Assembly (NCBI GenBank): GCA_002633005.1
Contig: NMRA01000883.1
Coordinates: 26,157-90,156, forward strand
DNA length: 64,000 nucleotides
Source: Phoronis australis
Taxonomy: Eukaryota > Animalia > Phoronida
Direction of reading: 5' to 3'
Under the pieces are notes generated by a model. It searched no databases. It was not told the DNA's origin and saw nothing but the letters and a program-made list of their open reading frames with translations. Positions 22,901 to 37,700 of the stretch are shown here, in pieces (position 1 is the first letter of the stretch; the number at the start of each line of letters is the position of its first letter). The position numbers and the translations under genes are program-made.

Positions 22901-25900
22901 GGACGATGACAAGTACCTTCTTTGCGACTCCACTTTAAAGGAAGGTGAGTGGAAGATGATATTAATGAAATGTCTAAAGGAAGGTGAGTGGAAGATGATA
23001 TTAATGAAATGTCTAAAGGAAGGTGAGTGGACGATGATATTAATGAAATGTCTAAAGGAAGGTGAGTGGAAGATGATATTAATGAAATGTCTAAAAGAAG
23101 GTGAGTGGAAGATGATATTAATGAAATGTCTAAAGGAAGGTGAGTGGAAGATGATATTAATGAAATGTCTAAAGGAAGGTGAGTGGAAGATGATATTAAT
23201 GAAATGTCTAAAGGAAGGTGAGTGGACGATAATATTAATGAAATGTCTAAAATGAACGTTAGTAAGAATTAGTGTGAAAACACAGCAAGTAAATAAAGTC
23301 AAGAATACCTGAATACATAATGCATGTAAATATTTGAACATAAAGTGCAATCTCAAAATACGTTTCGCTACTTTTCTCCCTTTCCGCTTTATGTAATCAT
23401 GAATAATTTGGAAAAATGGATTTTTAAAAGCATTTTGCTCGGTGAAGCCTTTTGTGTATTTTGTCTGCACGATCCACATGAAATTTAAGCACCTATTGTG
23501 TCGTAAAATGCTTGGTGACGCTGTGACCACAAGTTTTCGAATTTAAGCTTTGCAGTCCTGCATCAGTTTAAGCGGACGGCGGGGAAAGCATGCAGGAACC
23601 CTCGTGCTTCCACACATTTTTCATGTTAACCATGAAAACCCTTGTTTTGGGCATGTGACATTGCAAAATTCATGCATTGACAATCCTGAAATGACGTATG
23701 ACACCACCAATTAATAATTAAGGGGCCAGGTGATTTGCAGCGGCCCCCTCTTTTGGCGTTAGAGTTTTGAAATCCGAACAGTCGCTTGCACTCACCACAG
23801 TTGTTGTTGATGTGAACGCTGATTGCACTCGCAATTAATCGGTATTTAATTGTTTGCATAGCATTGGTGTTGTTACTGTGCCCTTCATCAGTGACGCCAT
23901 TAGCTTCAGTATTAATATCATCACCGCCAAAATCATAAGTCATCAGATATGATCATCAATGATTTTAAAATAAAAAGTTTCATTGATTTAAATTGAATAG
24001 ATCAAGAAGAAATCCGATCGTTTGTAGATCAGGTACTTGTGATCATTTATCACCTTTAAGATATGTGGGAGCTGGTGCTGAAATGTTTTGTCTGCATTTA
24101 ATGAATTAGTGGCGTAATATTATTTACGCATGATTCCAGGTTGGTACATGTTCATGGTTCCCTCAAACCCTTCACGAGTAGACTTTGAGACGCTGGACAT
24201 ACCAACACGTTGTGTAAAGGAATATCACTGTGATACAAAGTATCCCTTGTGGATGGCAGGTAAATGCGTTACATTTGGAATCTGCAAGATCTTTGCAAAA
24301 GACTACGCGACATGTTGCCCCGTGTTTTCAGTTAGAAGGCGTGAGTTTGGCTAGCCTTTTCTCTCCAACAGGCAGATATTGAACTCACATGATGTTGTCC
24401 CAAATGACGTTGGTAACGGCTGGCATTCTGTTCTAGGCAAAATTCCTTCTCAAGAGGACGGTCTCGTAAACAGGCAGGCATGTATGACAAAAGGCGACGA
24501 CTGTTGCGCCTACACCGCGGCCATAAAAGTGAAGAAGTGCTTACCGAAGTTGGTCGTGTATTACCTTATACCGCCACCTGCCTGTGCATCAGCCTATTGC
24601 TTTGGTACGCTCGTGCTTATCCGGCTGTGCATCATGTTTTAAGGGATACCTCATTTCTCTCACGTTGGTTATTCTTAAAGCAATGGCGTGCAGAGAAAAA
24701 GTAAAAAACAGAAATGTTATTCAACGTAACCACAAATTAGTCACAATTTCAAACCCTTTATTTGCATGTATATTGATTGGATTTTCGTGTATATTGATTG
24801 GATGTCTCGACCCCCTTTCTGAACTCTACTGTCGAGAAGTCATTGTGACAAGATCTACAACCTCCCGATGACATTCTGTTCCTACAAGGTGTCAGACAAA
24901 ATTTCCGTCGAGGAGAGTTCACTCTAATACAAAATGTTTGAAACGTGAGCACCTATTTTGACGTTGCGTGTGTTTAGATACCTGAACCTCCTGTGCTCAC
25001 CCAGCGTTACGAGTACTGTGGTGGATTAGCTAAATAAACGACTATTAAGGCCTTCTGTTTTCGTTCACAAGTATCCATACAACTTTGTCTCAACCTTTCA
25101 CTAGATCGAAGTGTCCGTTCATTTCGATATTGGTTGCTTTTAATTTATATGCGTGAAGTTTAGCTCAAATGAGTTTCAAACGATTGAAAAATATTGAAAC
25201 TAAAATGACTAAAACACCTCTAAGCGGAAAATGTTTTATGATTTGAGAAGGTGTTTTTTTTCAGGAGAGCACACACCCTGCCCTCCAGGAGAAGTGTCTG
25301 AGACTGGATTCACCCCTGGGTGTAGAGGTACAAGTGTTGGGGATTTTTCTCTTGAGAGCGACACACGTGTCATCCAAAGTTTGATATAGCTGGCATCTTA
25401 AGATCCCTTTGTGACGTTGAGATAAACATTGGGCTACGGATATTAGCTGCGCTAACCAAAGATCTCCCATGTCCATTATAAAGAGAGACCCTATGGAATC
25501 GACCCTGAAAAGCCAGAGCAAATTATTTATTTCATTTTAGGTTTAGTACCGCATCACAGTTAGAAGGCACATTGACTTGTTGCCAATGCACCCATGTCTC
25601 ACAACCGTATATATTCACAGTAGCTTATCCACCTTAGAAATTTGCTACATATGCATTACGATTGGAAGCATCAGAACTATTAAAGGCATAACTACTTTAT
25701 AGCAAGCATCGATGACATATGCTCACTTTACACTACCTTGGAATTTCTTGCAAATGAAACATGCAGTGGTAATACCTAACACTATTTAATTTCAGTCAAT
25801 CAAGTCTCAGAGCTTCCATCCATTCCCCTTCTGACTGTCAAAGTGGTAAACACCGTGTTTTATTACATGTGTTCAGTCCCATTGCCCCCTTCAGGAAAAA

Positions 25901-28900
25901 TGGTAGATGTTAACATAATCTTTTTGGTGGGTGAAACAATATTGCAACGGTCCACGAAGTCAACACAGTTTCCGCTAATGCGCGACACCCTTGCTGGTTT
26001 CAAACTGGCAGGATATTTTGGAAAGCAGGTAGGTTTCTGCGTGGATAATCGACCACGAGCTTAAATCTTAAGAATTGATTTGTAACTGATCACCAAAAGT
26101 GTAGCTGTTAGAAGTTGAATGAATTTATGCTGTAATCCACGAAAATTGGCTAGACTGTATTTAGTATTTGTTTGACCTTATGTGCTGCAAGACAACAAAC
26201 GATATCGATATATTATCAATGGGGTTATCTAATCTAAGAGATACGGTACACAGCGTAAACGAGAATTATAACAAACTTAAGATAAACTTAGGCTTGCCCC
26301 TTATACATGTAATCTAACATTGTACCACCCCCTTCAACCAATCGTTTCAATGGCTATGTCAGTTCCATAGTGCTCACAACCAAAGTCCCGTGCTTAAAAT
26401 ACTCTTATGGAAAACAGCAACCCCAACTGACTTACATGGGTCTGTTAGATGATTTACGCCGCGAAACGTCTTAGTGATTACTGAAAACATTTTAAAAATT
26501 GACGATGACGTTGTCTAAAAGTGAATCAAATAAACACAAAAAATCGGAATAACCACTCGGAATCGAACCACCGTTCTCTAAATTGCCGATCTAGTGCTCT
26601 TGCCACTGAGCTACTCAGACACAGATTTCTGTTCAATTACTTATTACAGTCAGTATGTGTTCATTAGATATGGGAAATATAGAAGCTGATGTTAGCCAAG
26701 ATTTTCTCAACGATGCGCGACTTCCGCGCTACAGATTACACATGTATCGTTTCTTTCGCGTTTGATTGTCCCACTCCGTAACAGTGTCAGAACTACAGCA
26801 TGATTATGGCAAATAAATTATACAAAATACAGTTGGAAACCTTATTCCATTGAATCGCCATACATACATGTACTTACCACTAACTGGTCTATCGCTGTCT
26901 AGTGACAAGGTGTCTCTTATCGAGTCTCTATTTTAGTGTAATAATTTCTAGGTCTTATGCAAGGCCAGATATTTCAGTAGAGAGCAGAGTACTTATAGCC
27001 AGTGGAAGTCAAGTGACAGAAAGCTATTAGGAATCGAGGTAAGTACTCGTCTACTATGCATGGTTTTGGCTCAGACAAAAAGCAAAACGTCCACTACCTC
27101 GGAGACAGAGCGCTATTTTTCCAGGCCTTTCCTTACCATCTAAACGTATATGCAACGTCAATGAATGGGAATTCGATATTTACTAGTGTATCCTAACCGA
27201 CAAAATTTTCTCTTTTTCCACGTTTCTCCCGTGGATGTGTTCACTTAAAAAAGATGAGGCAGGAAAATACTTGGAAGATTATATTGCTTTGCTGTAAGCG
27301 AAATTATATCCAAACCAAAAATGATCAATTCTCGTTTATAAAATCATTTCCCTTTTCACTCCACTTCATACATAAAACAATGTTTTCACCTACATTAAGC
27401 AGAGGAGGATCTATGGGGGTTCAGTGGTCTTAAACCTTCCATTGGGACAGGATCAAAAATAGAATATAAAAATGAAACGTCGCCAGGAAAACGAAATCAG
27501 CTACAAAAATAAAAAAAATCTTACACGGGAGGGGAAAACCCCTCCGGACTTACCGCGATTGGCGTTTTGCGCCTTGGATTTACGCAAATCCTAAACACCC
27601 CTTACTGAAAACGTAGATTTGCCATTGTACAATGTAGACTGTGGTAGAGTACAGTAGCACTTTTGCGAGTGAAAAATGTAGCCAAACTGATAATGTTCAC
27701 ATTGGAAATTCACGGCACAGTATTGCATAGTCTCGCAAAGTCTCCTAAGGTTATTGAACTTCTACCTGGTAGAGGACTGGATGACCATCTTGTTTTTTTA
27801 AAAAAATCTGTAATTACTAAAATAATCTTACAAGAAATGTTTATGTCGTTGGTCGGCTGTTTGTCGGCTAGACGACCGGTCGACGGCCGGTCATCGACCA
27901 ATTTCCGACCGGTCGGACAAAAATTCGTGATGTGTGCTGTATTTTTTAGCCAAAGCAGCAGTGTTTTGGTGTTTTCAAAATCTCATTCACTGCTTATTTG
28001 AACTCAGATTATGAACTACACAAGCAACGCCATTGAAGTAGAAGAGGGCGCTGAGATCGACATCAAACTCAAGCTTCATGTACCATACCTGGGAGACCAA
28101 CCCCTGGATATTCTGACGTATGTTCCAGGAGGGGCAAAAGATGGCGCTTACTGCTCAACGGGAAACCCCATTCCACAAGTTGCTGTAGCGGACAGCTGCG
28201 GCACAAAGATAGATCGCAACAATTGGCAAGAAATTCACGCAATCAAGATTCGGGCCACAGTTGACCAAAAAATAGAACAGGTATGACTCTATATAAAAGA
28301 GTATGCGTGATTTTAATACGACACTAACCCAATGTAAATTAAATATCTGTAACTTTCAAATTAAAGTTAGGCCTTTAGACATGTCTCTTTTATAATATTA
28401 CACTTTAGACGTAATCGAGTTTGATGGTTTTTGAGATTGAACTTATAAAAGGAACTTTCTTTTGATTTTTAGAAATCTCATGCTTTACGAATTCTGAGAT
28501 TAAGAACACCGGAGGTTGTGGAGGGCCATACTATCTGGTCTAACTACTATCTGCCTGATATAAAGGTAAGTAATGAAGTTAGAATAATTGGTATTCATGA
28601 CTGCATCTTGCTCTGGTGTTTAGCTGACTAAAACGAAAATGGAATTTGGCCTTTTTCCTTTATAAATGCGGTGTCATAATAATGATGCTAGGATTGTATT
28701 TCCATAGTTACACGTATCTAGAACTCGAAACCGTCAGCAACTCAAAAAAAAAACTGTCCAAAGTGCATTGGGGTTGGCCAACCCTAACATTTTGGATTGG
28801 AATATGGTACATGTAGTGATTGCCTGATGCTAAGTGTCACGACATTGAGCGATATCTGGCTCCAAACTTCAAGTCAAGACAAGAAAATATGACAATTAAC

Positions 28901-31900
28901 TAAACTGGTAGCTAGTTCATGTAATTGCTCTTACCTTGGCGTCTTATTACCTCAGTGTGTGCTGAGGCTATCCGCTGCCTATCTGCGGATTCAGACCCGC
29001 GTACAATAGGAAGCTATATTCGATCAGCACTGTATACAATATAGTTCTTTCAATCAGGCAGACAGGTGAGCTCGTGCTGTAACTCTCCACCAATGATGAC
29101 CTAGGAATGCTGTGCATTCAAGCCCATGTGTAAAATGTACTGTATGAAAGAATGGTGCATATACCGGAAAATTACCCAAATGACGTGGATGTAGGAATAA
29201 ATGGTTTGTCTATAACATAACATGACCTTGTTTTTTTCAGATATCGATCAAAGACAAAGACAGCAGTGTTTCCGTCTGCAGAAGTACCAATGACCCTCAC
29301 ATGAGGTCGTTCGATGGCAGGTCAGTTTGGTTCTTGTTAAACTCATTTGAAACTTTAGGCAGCGACAACACTGGACCTACTTAATGCCATTAAATACTAA
29401 TTTGGAATATTCAAAAAGTCACTGAAACGGACATGTGCATATCCAAATGGAAGGTTTATCCAATGAGCATTTGTTTGAAGGATGTAACATGTTACATTTG
29501 ATTGAATGGTTTCAGATATTATGAACTTCAGAAAGAGGGAGAGTTCGTGCTGTACAGACACAAAATTCAACCATTGGAGGTACGTTAAGCGTTTATACGT
29601 CACAGCTAATAATCAGTGGCTGCACTCACTCACCCAGCCAGGCCAGCTTGGCCAATAACCTCTCAAAGAAGTACATGTAGGATCACTTAGCGAAAAGCGA
29701 CTTCTCCGCAAGTGTGTGGAAGACTATCGTTTCATAGCAAGATGACTGTAATATCGTGGTTCTATGGAACGCAGAACTGATTGGTTCTCACTAAAAACTT
29801 CCGGTTTTAATGAATCAAATTTTTCAGCCGATGCATCCAGCTGAGAGAACTAAGTGCAGCCAACGCGCCCATTCGCAAATTGTATATAAAAATGAAGTTG
29901 ATGATTCATATATGAATGTTAAATGCATTGCAATTAAATCTGGTCTTCTTGACACTACTTACAAAATTAAAGTCCTAGCCCCTCAGAGGCATCACTTCTC
30001 CTTTAAAAGGAAGATGGCACTGAAGATTGACTGGAATCGTCGTCGCTTGCCTTAGCACGAGATCTCGTGTGGTTAGCAACACCACCCAAACTATCATCCC
30101 AATCAGACGACACTTTGAACCGAGCAATACCTTCTATATTAAGTGAAGAATTGAGTGATTTGATGAACAAAGCCACCCCCTCCCGAGCACCTCTCTGAAA
30201 CCAGTGTTGTTCTCTGTTCTGGAGCTTGGCAATTTCATTTCTGAATTCTTGACCTGTATCCTGCTGGTGAAGGTGTTGACCTGTATCCTACTGGCAAAGG
30301 GCAAAGGTGTTCCTTCTTCAGTTTTAAATCACCTCCAGGATCTTGACATTGTTATTTTGTTATGATAATGTCAAGATCCTGAGGTGCTCGGTTTTCAATT
30401 TTTTAGTAGTGTCCAGCAGACCAGATTTAATTCGAATACAATTCGTCAACTGCATTTAAGACGGACTTATGATTATATTGCGTCACGTTTCTGTTTTCAC
30501 CAGACGAAGTCATCTTAATTGTTCCGATGGATGTTTTCGTTACCCATTGAAAATTGTTACCTCACGTGAAAAAAATCAGTTTTTGCTCGCTCTGTAATCA
30601 GGGGTATAACATTTACGTTTCACATCGCTGTATGCCTTAACTATCAGAATAACATGGAAATAAGTTGGTCTTGACGAAGACGTCTAAGCTCTTAACTTTC
30701 CGTCTGCACAGGATCTAATCTATGAATTCCTACTTGATTGTCATATGTGTACGCTAGGTGCATGCCCAATACAAAAGCTGTGGAAGAAACAATCGCCCAC
30801 CTTATTGCAACTGCGCAGTGGGTATCCTGGCCGCAGGTGACGTCATATTGTTTGATAAATGTGGGCGAGGCGTGATTGACATCAGTGCGTGGGGTTCGAT
30901 GAACAGACTGCGACTGGCCACCCGTGGTTCCTGCTCGCAGTTGAGAGGGACCCGAATTCTACAGGAAAATGGCGGGCGAAGATATGTGGTAATTTCAATG
31001 CTCACCTCCTGTGTCGGTATTGTGATAAATGATTATAAAACGCCGCGTAATGTAACACGTATTTTAATGCACACAATATTAATTTTTGTCATCTGGCTCA
31101 GAAACCACTGTTTAAATTTATAAACGACAGTTAATACTGTCTTGTCATATGTTAGCCTAAGACCAACAAAATTAGTATGTGTTCGCGATGTGACGTGGTT
31201 CGGGTTCACATTTATTTAAAGAGTTCCCACCATGACCCTTAGACTCAAAAAGAATTTTATAAATTCATCTTAAAGGATTTAATAGCATCACCTCTTGCTA
31301 AGGAAAAGCCAAAATTATTAAAATATACTTTTTCTTTTATCTGGGTGGTAATGGGAGGAAGACTGTCTCCGATGTTGTTGATTTTACCAATGAGGAATTG
31401 TGAGGAAAGTTCGAGGAGAGCCGCATTTTTCAGACATGAAAGGTGCATTTATGGAGGCTGTAGTCACAGCAACTTGGCTGAGAATGTCCATTAGTTCAAA
31501 AATTAACTGATACATAAAAGTTGCACTGAACTGAAATCGGTTTGTGCACCGAACGAGTGTGGAATTTCAGCCGTCCAGAACATGCAATTCAATAGAGAGC
31601 CACATTCTTTGGCACATTTCAAGGAATCGTGTTTCGACCAAATCCAAAACAGCGTTACGATGAAAGACTCGCCACCCTGTAAGTTTATTTGAAAATTTTA
31701 TAAATAATGAGCAAACTACTTCCATGTGAGGGCGATCGAGTGATGCCAGTCATCCTACTCTGGCCCAGATCGAGTGATGCCAGTCATCCTGCTCTGGCCC
31801 AGATCGACTGATGCCAGTCATCCTACTCTGACCCAGATCGAGTGATGCCAGTCATCCTACTCTGGCCCAGATCGAGTGATGCCAGTCATCCTACTCTGGC

Positions 31901-34663
31901 CCAGATCGAGTGATGCCAGTCATCCTACTCTGGCCCAGATCGAGTGATGCCAGTCATCCTACTCTGGCCCAGATCGAGTGTTGCCAGTCATCCTACTCTG
32001 GCCCAGATCGAGTGCTACGTCAAATAGGCTTATGCATTGTGTTTAGACGGTGATCATTCTATCATGGCAATAGAAAATACGAGTGACCCAGGTTTACTGT
32101 GTCATTTTTCAGTGTCGATTTTGTGAATATTGACCACCACTTGGTTGTGGGTCACATATGTCTGCAGCATTTCCGTGCAAGTGGGTCACGTTCATACTGC
32201 CGCAAACTTGACGAAAGTTCGCAAACTTGGAAATCGAATTGATTGTCTGGTTCTTCAAGTACTTGGGCATAATGCACGTATATACTCTCTTCTTCTGTCT
32301 TCATAATACATGTAATTGTCCAGTTCTCGCTCAAAGCCGTCCTCGTCTTCTGATCAGCTGAGACCCGCCATTGCAATTGATTGTCAAGTAACCTAACGTC
32401 TTCCCCCCATTACATCATTTCGCGGAGAACTTGAAACTAACTAGTTTTTCTTCAAAATGTGAAAAAAATCCCGACTCTTTGGCATAAAAAGTGCTCATTT
32501 TGATTAAACTTTATGGTATCCATTTCATTAGCTCACTGAAACTCCATAAACAAGAAAGTGCATGGTGGAAACTCTGTAACACACTCCATTATTCCAGGTC
32601 CAATTGCACATTGGCACTACCGTCACTGTCGAAGATTCGTGGAGTTCCTTCATTAACCTTTACGTTGAAGCTTCCGGGAAGGACTGGCAACTGTCAGAGG
32701 GTCTGTGTGGCCTATATGACAACGACTGCTCCAATGATCTTATTCCAAGAGGATCCCAGACCTTGCCATCAGGTTACCACACAGGTTGTGGATATCTATA
32801 CCCGTATCACCCTGAAGTTTTTACTGAGAGCTGGAGGTGAGGTGCTAACGTGGAAAAAAATCTTTCTGAAGTGTATTGCATTCGCGTCAGATATCGCAGT
32901 ACTGTTTTGGAGCCCTCTAGCGCTCGCTTCGTACACAGCTTCGAATAGTGCTTGGTCATTATCCACATACTTGTCAAGGTAATCCACTTTGTAATTAAAT
33001 TCTTCGACTAATTGGAATCCACAAGGTTTTTTACATTGCTCTATGTTTTATTTTTCGTTTCAACACTTTGCCTGATCTTTGGTTCACAAGTTTGTCGATA
33101 ACAGATTGCAAATTCCTTTCTGTCCTGAGAAATTTGATGTCACCTAAGACAAGAGTACATGTAGGCAGACTTTATAGCATTTGGATACACCTGACGCACT
33201 GTATTGGCTGTTGCGATTTTGTAAATCTCTACAAAAGTCACAAGCAAGGACAAGCCCAAATCTAGGGGTGGGAATGAATGTCTGCTTCTCGTTAATCACG
33301 GAACCTTTTCCTTTACTTCCATTCTCAGCGTACTTTGCAGGAAAAGGTTCAAAATGTGCTCACATTTCTAGTACGCAAATATGCTTGCCATTGTCGTGTG
33401 AGCCGAGTCAGTCACGGTGTCCCCTAAAGATTTATCCGTGTCCAGGAAGAAATTCAACCACCTTTTCAGAATTGTTAACATACAGTCTCAGTGTGTATAA
33501 TGATACATGTAGGGCTCTACCCACATTCAATACCTCGACACGTTTAATGTGCACAATGGTGACAACTCGATGACTTCCGCTGTTTTTGACCTGCTTCAAT
33601 CCTCCACTGTAATAGTACAGTCGTAAAAGCCGCCCGAAGAAAAAACATGATAGACAGGTGTTGGTTTTCAAGTTAAAACAAAAATATTTTCACGCACTCG
33701 TAACTCGTTATACAACGCAATATCAAATTTTTCAATTTGACGGGAAATGTCCAGCGTCCTAAATGAACGTTTTGTTTACGGAAAGTGCTACTGTTGGTCT
33801 TGAAATAATTAACAACCTTTCTGGGCAATTTTCTTAAGCCTTGTCAGGTTTAAGCCTATTTCGCCGCTGTATCTTCCCATTTCAGTAGCTTCACATGAGC
33901 ACATTGAATGGCACCCAAATTTAAGCATGGTCGTCAACGGAGCATTTTTGTTTAACCACGTTTGAGAAAATGTTTAAACAAAAATGCTCCGTTGAGAAAA
34001 TGTTTCGTACAATTATCGTGCATCACTTACTACTTCTTGCGAAACCGTTTGACAATATACGGTGGTTGGCACGGGCAGGTTAGAGATTACAAGGTTAGTC
34101 AAATGTTCAAGGTTGGAGAAATTATCCCCTAAAACATTTTGCTATGGCTCTATTGGCCACTTTGTTTTTCATTGTGCACGTCCCACATCTTTGAATTCCG
34201 TGGTTTCAGGCTCTGATTGCAATCCCCGATCCCAAAAGATAATTATGGAGTCAGCAGGACCATTGGCTAATTGGATATTCTATTCTTAGGGTGGGGAAGG
34301 ACAGAAGTATTCTATATTGGAATTCAGAGATATTTAAAGTCGACTCGCGTTTAAGTGATTTTGGTGGCCACGTGTACTGTACGTGCGGTGAAGACGGCGT
34401 TGTTGACTTTGGTACTCAATGCAAAATTGGAGGAGATGTGCCGGTGTGCGACCCAAAGGCATACCAGAGGGATGTTTCAGACAGTAGATTTGAAGCGTGC
34501 CGCCGACGAAGAGACACGACCTGGCACGATCACTTAGACTTTCTAGATTACGACGAAAGTGATTACTTTTTGGTGGCCCAGCCCCGTGCAGACGATGATG
34601 TTACTTTCCACAATCATTTCCAGGTAAGTTGACAAACGGAATTATTGTTGTCAAAAAACACAC

Positions 34664-34722
<59 letters not shown>

Positions 34723-37700
34723 AGTAGGAAGGTGGTTGTGTATGTTTGTGAGTGTGTGTGTTTGTGTGTTTGTTTGTTTGTGTGTATGTGTGTGTGTGTG
34801 TTCATGCTGGTACATGTATATGTGTGTGTACCAAAATTTTGTCTTTGTTTATGTAGTACATGCTCGACGAAGTCGCTGCTAGCGAGAATGTACGTGATTT
34901 CAACTCTTGCGATGAAAGCGGATTTATGTGATTTATAAATTGGCAGTAGATCTGCTATACATGTAGTGCCTTCCACAATACGAATTGCCCCAGAACAAGT
35001 TGTAACGAGTTGTCATTCTGTTTAATAGTGGTGTGGACGCTATTTGCCCTGGAACAGCTTTACCCCTCAGTGACAACTTTCCCCTCCTTTTCGAAGTAGC
35101 ATATAAACAACTTTTCCTAGGGCTACTTTTCAAACCCAAATCGTCGTGTGGACTCAAACCTGCAGACAATCGCGATGTAATTACTAACTACGCGCTTGCG
35201 CAGGTACACACATATGGTTGCTGTCCAATGATCCTTGGTACAATTTGTATCGCGGAAAGAGGGAAGTTGGTCAATGATAAAAAGTTCTAGATAAACTCGT
35301 AATTTGAATTTCTCTTAATGTGAGGCAGGTTGTGTAAAATATCAGGCACTTGGTTGCAATTTCAGGATATTTTGTATTGTTCAACGTGCAATTTCGTGTG
35401 GTTTTTATACATCAACTTGAAATGGTTTATTCACAAAAGTGGCAGGTGGTTTGATTCGCTTTTAATACATTTTACAGACAATTGCCAACCTCCTGGAAGT
35501 TCTTCCCTGTCAATAGCTGTGCTGACGTGAAAATTTAAGCCAATCACACATATACATGTAGGTTCTGTCTCAAACATTTCTGCAACTACATGTTTGTCAT
35601 TTCACAGTCATATTATCAGTGAGTATTCAAAAGTCGCGACTCCGACGTGATAATTTTTGATCGTCACTGTGCAATGGGAACCAGCAGAAGTGTAACATGC
35701 CGATAGCTGAGCTGACAGCTCACGCCAAGACGGCAATTGAATGGCATAGTGACTAATTCATCCAATTGTTTTCTACTCGGCGTGACCTGACTCCTCAACT
35801 TTCGTTCAGTTAATGCACAGAGTTCAGAATGTTGCGCCACGTCTGCAATGGCCGGCATCGCAGATTTTTGTTCTTGGGATATCATGGCAGTGAATTTCAG
35901 GTGGTAATGAATGAGGGTTTGTTGATTTCAGCGTCGATTAAAAAGATCCACTCAATATACCAATGAAACAGCTCACGCCTTCTGCCACAAGTACATCTTT
36001 GATACAGAGGCAGGAAAAAGATGCAGCGAACTTAATGTCGAGACAGATGCACCGATTGAATCATGTACTTTAGATCTCGTGGTACGGCCTGCATTTTTAC
36101 TTATTACAGTTTGCACTTGATTCACCTGGTCAAACTCAGGCAACTGATTGGTTTTCGATGACGATCTGCCTACAGACCAATTACACGTAGATGTCTTAGA
36201 CGATTGAGCCGGACGTACGGCCAATAAAAATGTGTTTCCGTAGGGTTTAAAGAGCATATTATTGAATATTTCGAGATGTACTCATCTTTCTGGGGGAACT
36301 GCACCAACCAACGTGAATATTACAAGGCTTTCGATAAAACGTTTAATGTTAAAGAAAAACTTTTACCTTGTGTTTTAAAAGTAGGCTTTGTGCACGTTTT
36401 CAGAATGTTTCTGTGCTTAATGTACATGTATGTTGTATGTAACGCAAAACAAATCTTCTATTTGTGATTCGTCTATAACGGGTATTTTGCACAGAAACCT
36501 GGAGTAAATTTGTAAGGAACTTGTTTTTTGAAATAAGGGTAATAAATTTTGTTAACATGAGTTATCCATGTGCTTTCAGGCCACCAATGACCCTAACTGG
36601 GCGTCCGCAGCGCTGGACACTATCAAACATCAATGCACGGCGGAACTGGATAAAAACACCACACGCTGGGTACAGGCGTCTGGCTCCAATTTCACTGTTC
36701 CTCCACCGGATATAGAGGGCGTTTTATGTTTCAACGAATGCAACAATAATGGGGACTGTGTCAATGGTAGGTGTGGAGTTTAATGTCGCACGTTTGCAAA
36801 TGTCTCACGCCTAATTATAATCGACAAACCAACTAAAAAGTAGATAGTCTCCCAATCAGAGTGAATAACAATTCATCACGCAGACTATTGTAGTTGAACT
36901 AGGTTCCCAAAATGTCGGCGACACCATGCAGTGTGCAGAATTCTGTACTCTGTTAAAAATCATACTTTCATAAGAACTTACTATAATGCTGCACTCTACT
37001 GATGATCGAAGGTTATGCGCGTGCGTAGTGATCAGGCTGTACAAGACGTGGTCGAGGACTTGACACCTGGATGGGTTGTGGCTATTTCAAGAACCCCGCA
37101 TGAAATGACAGTGTAAGACCGGAATGGATTGCGTGGGAACTGAACGGTTGTTGAATTCTTGTGGAAATTTAAGAAGCTTACAACATTGTTATTCACTTTG
37201 GTGAGCTTATCCCTCCAATAAAACCTTACAGAGTAAGGTATTCGTCTTCAAGTCCATTTATGCAATGGGAGCTGATCATTTCACATTTCGATTCACTTTC
37301 CAACCATCATCTTGGTGCTGTTCTCTTCAAGTTTGTTTTCACATGACTTGCTCAATCGCAGTTGGATTCTGCGCTTTCGTGACAACACAGATTCTCCAAC
37401 ATCACAAAGTACACTGTACGTCACAAGCGGCACTGGTTTAGCGTCCATGAGTGAAGGAACAAGGTCAATGACATTTGATTGACACTTATTTGGAGATTTT
37501 CAAGACATGCTTCCTCAGTTTTGTATGTGAATGCAAGGGCACGCTTTTTGTGATCTCTTTCTTCCCAGATCGAACACGGCTATTCGTTTCAGTGTATAAC
37601 GTGCGGTAATTTCGGATTCATTGGCCTTGTATACATGTACAAGTACGTCTTATTCGTCTCATACGGGTCTGACGACAGTAACGGGAGGTCTCCTAAACTG

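Noticed and set aside
22832-23530. 232-aa minus-strand ORF
   Set aside because: Antisense reading of the 39-bp minisatellite and the adjacent exon.
26550-26620. Functional tRNA gene
   Set aside because: A and B boxes are present, but the acceptor stem does not pair and the anticodon loop lacks U33; treated as a SINE head or pseudogene.
31734-32014. CRISPR array (34-bp repeat; also the 31- and 39-bp arrays)
   Set aside because: Units are head-to-tail with no unique spacers, there are no cas genes, and the context is a eukaryotic intron.
34614-34976. Cys/Val-rich and His/Thr-rich ORFs
   Set aside because: Translations of the (TA)n(TG)n microsatellite.
35821-35900. Possible exon ending ...ADFCSWDIM
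   Set aside because: No good donor; the exon at 35932-36081 fits phases and Cys spacing better.
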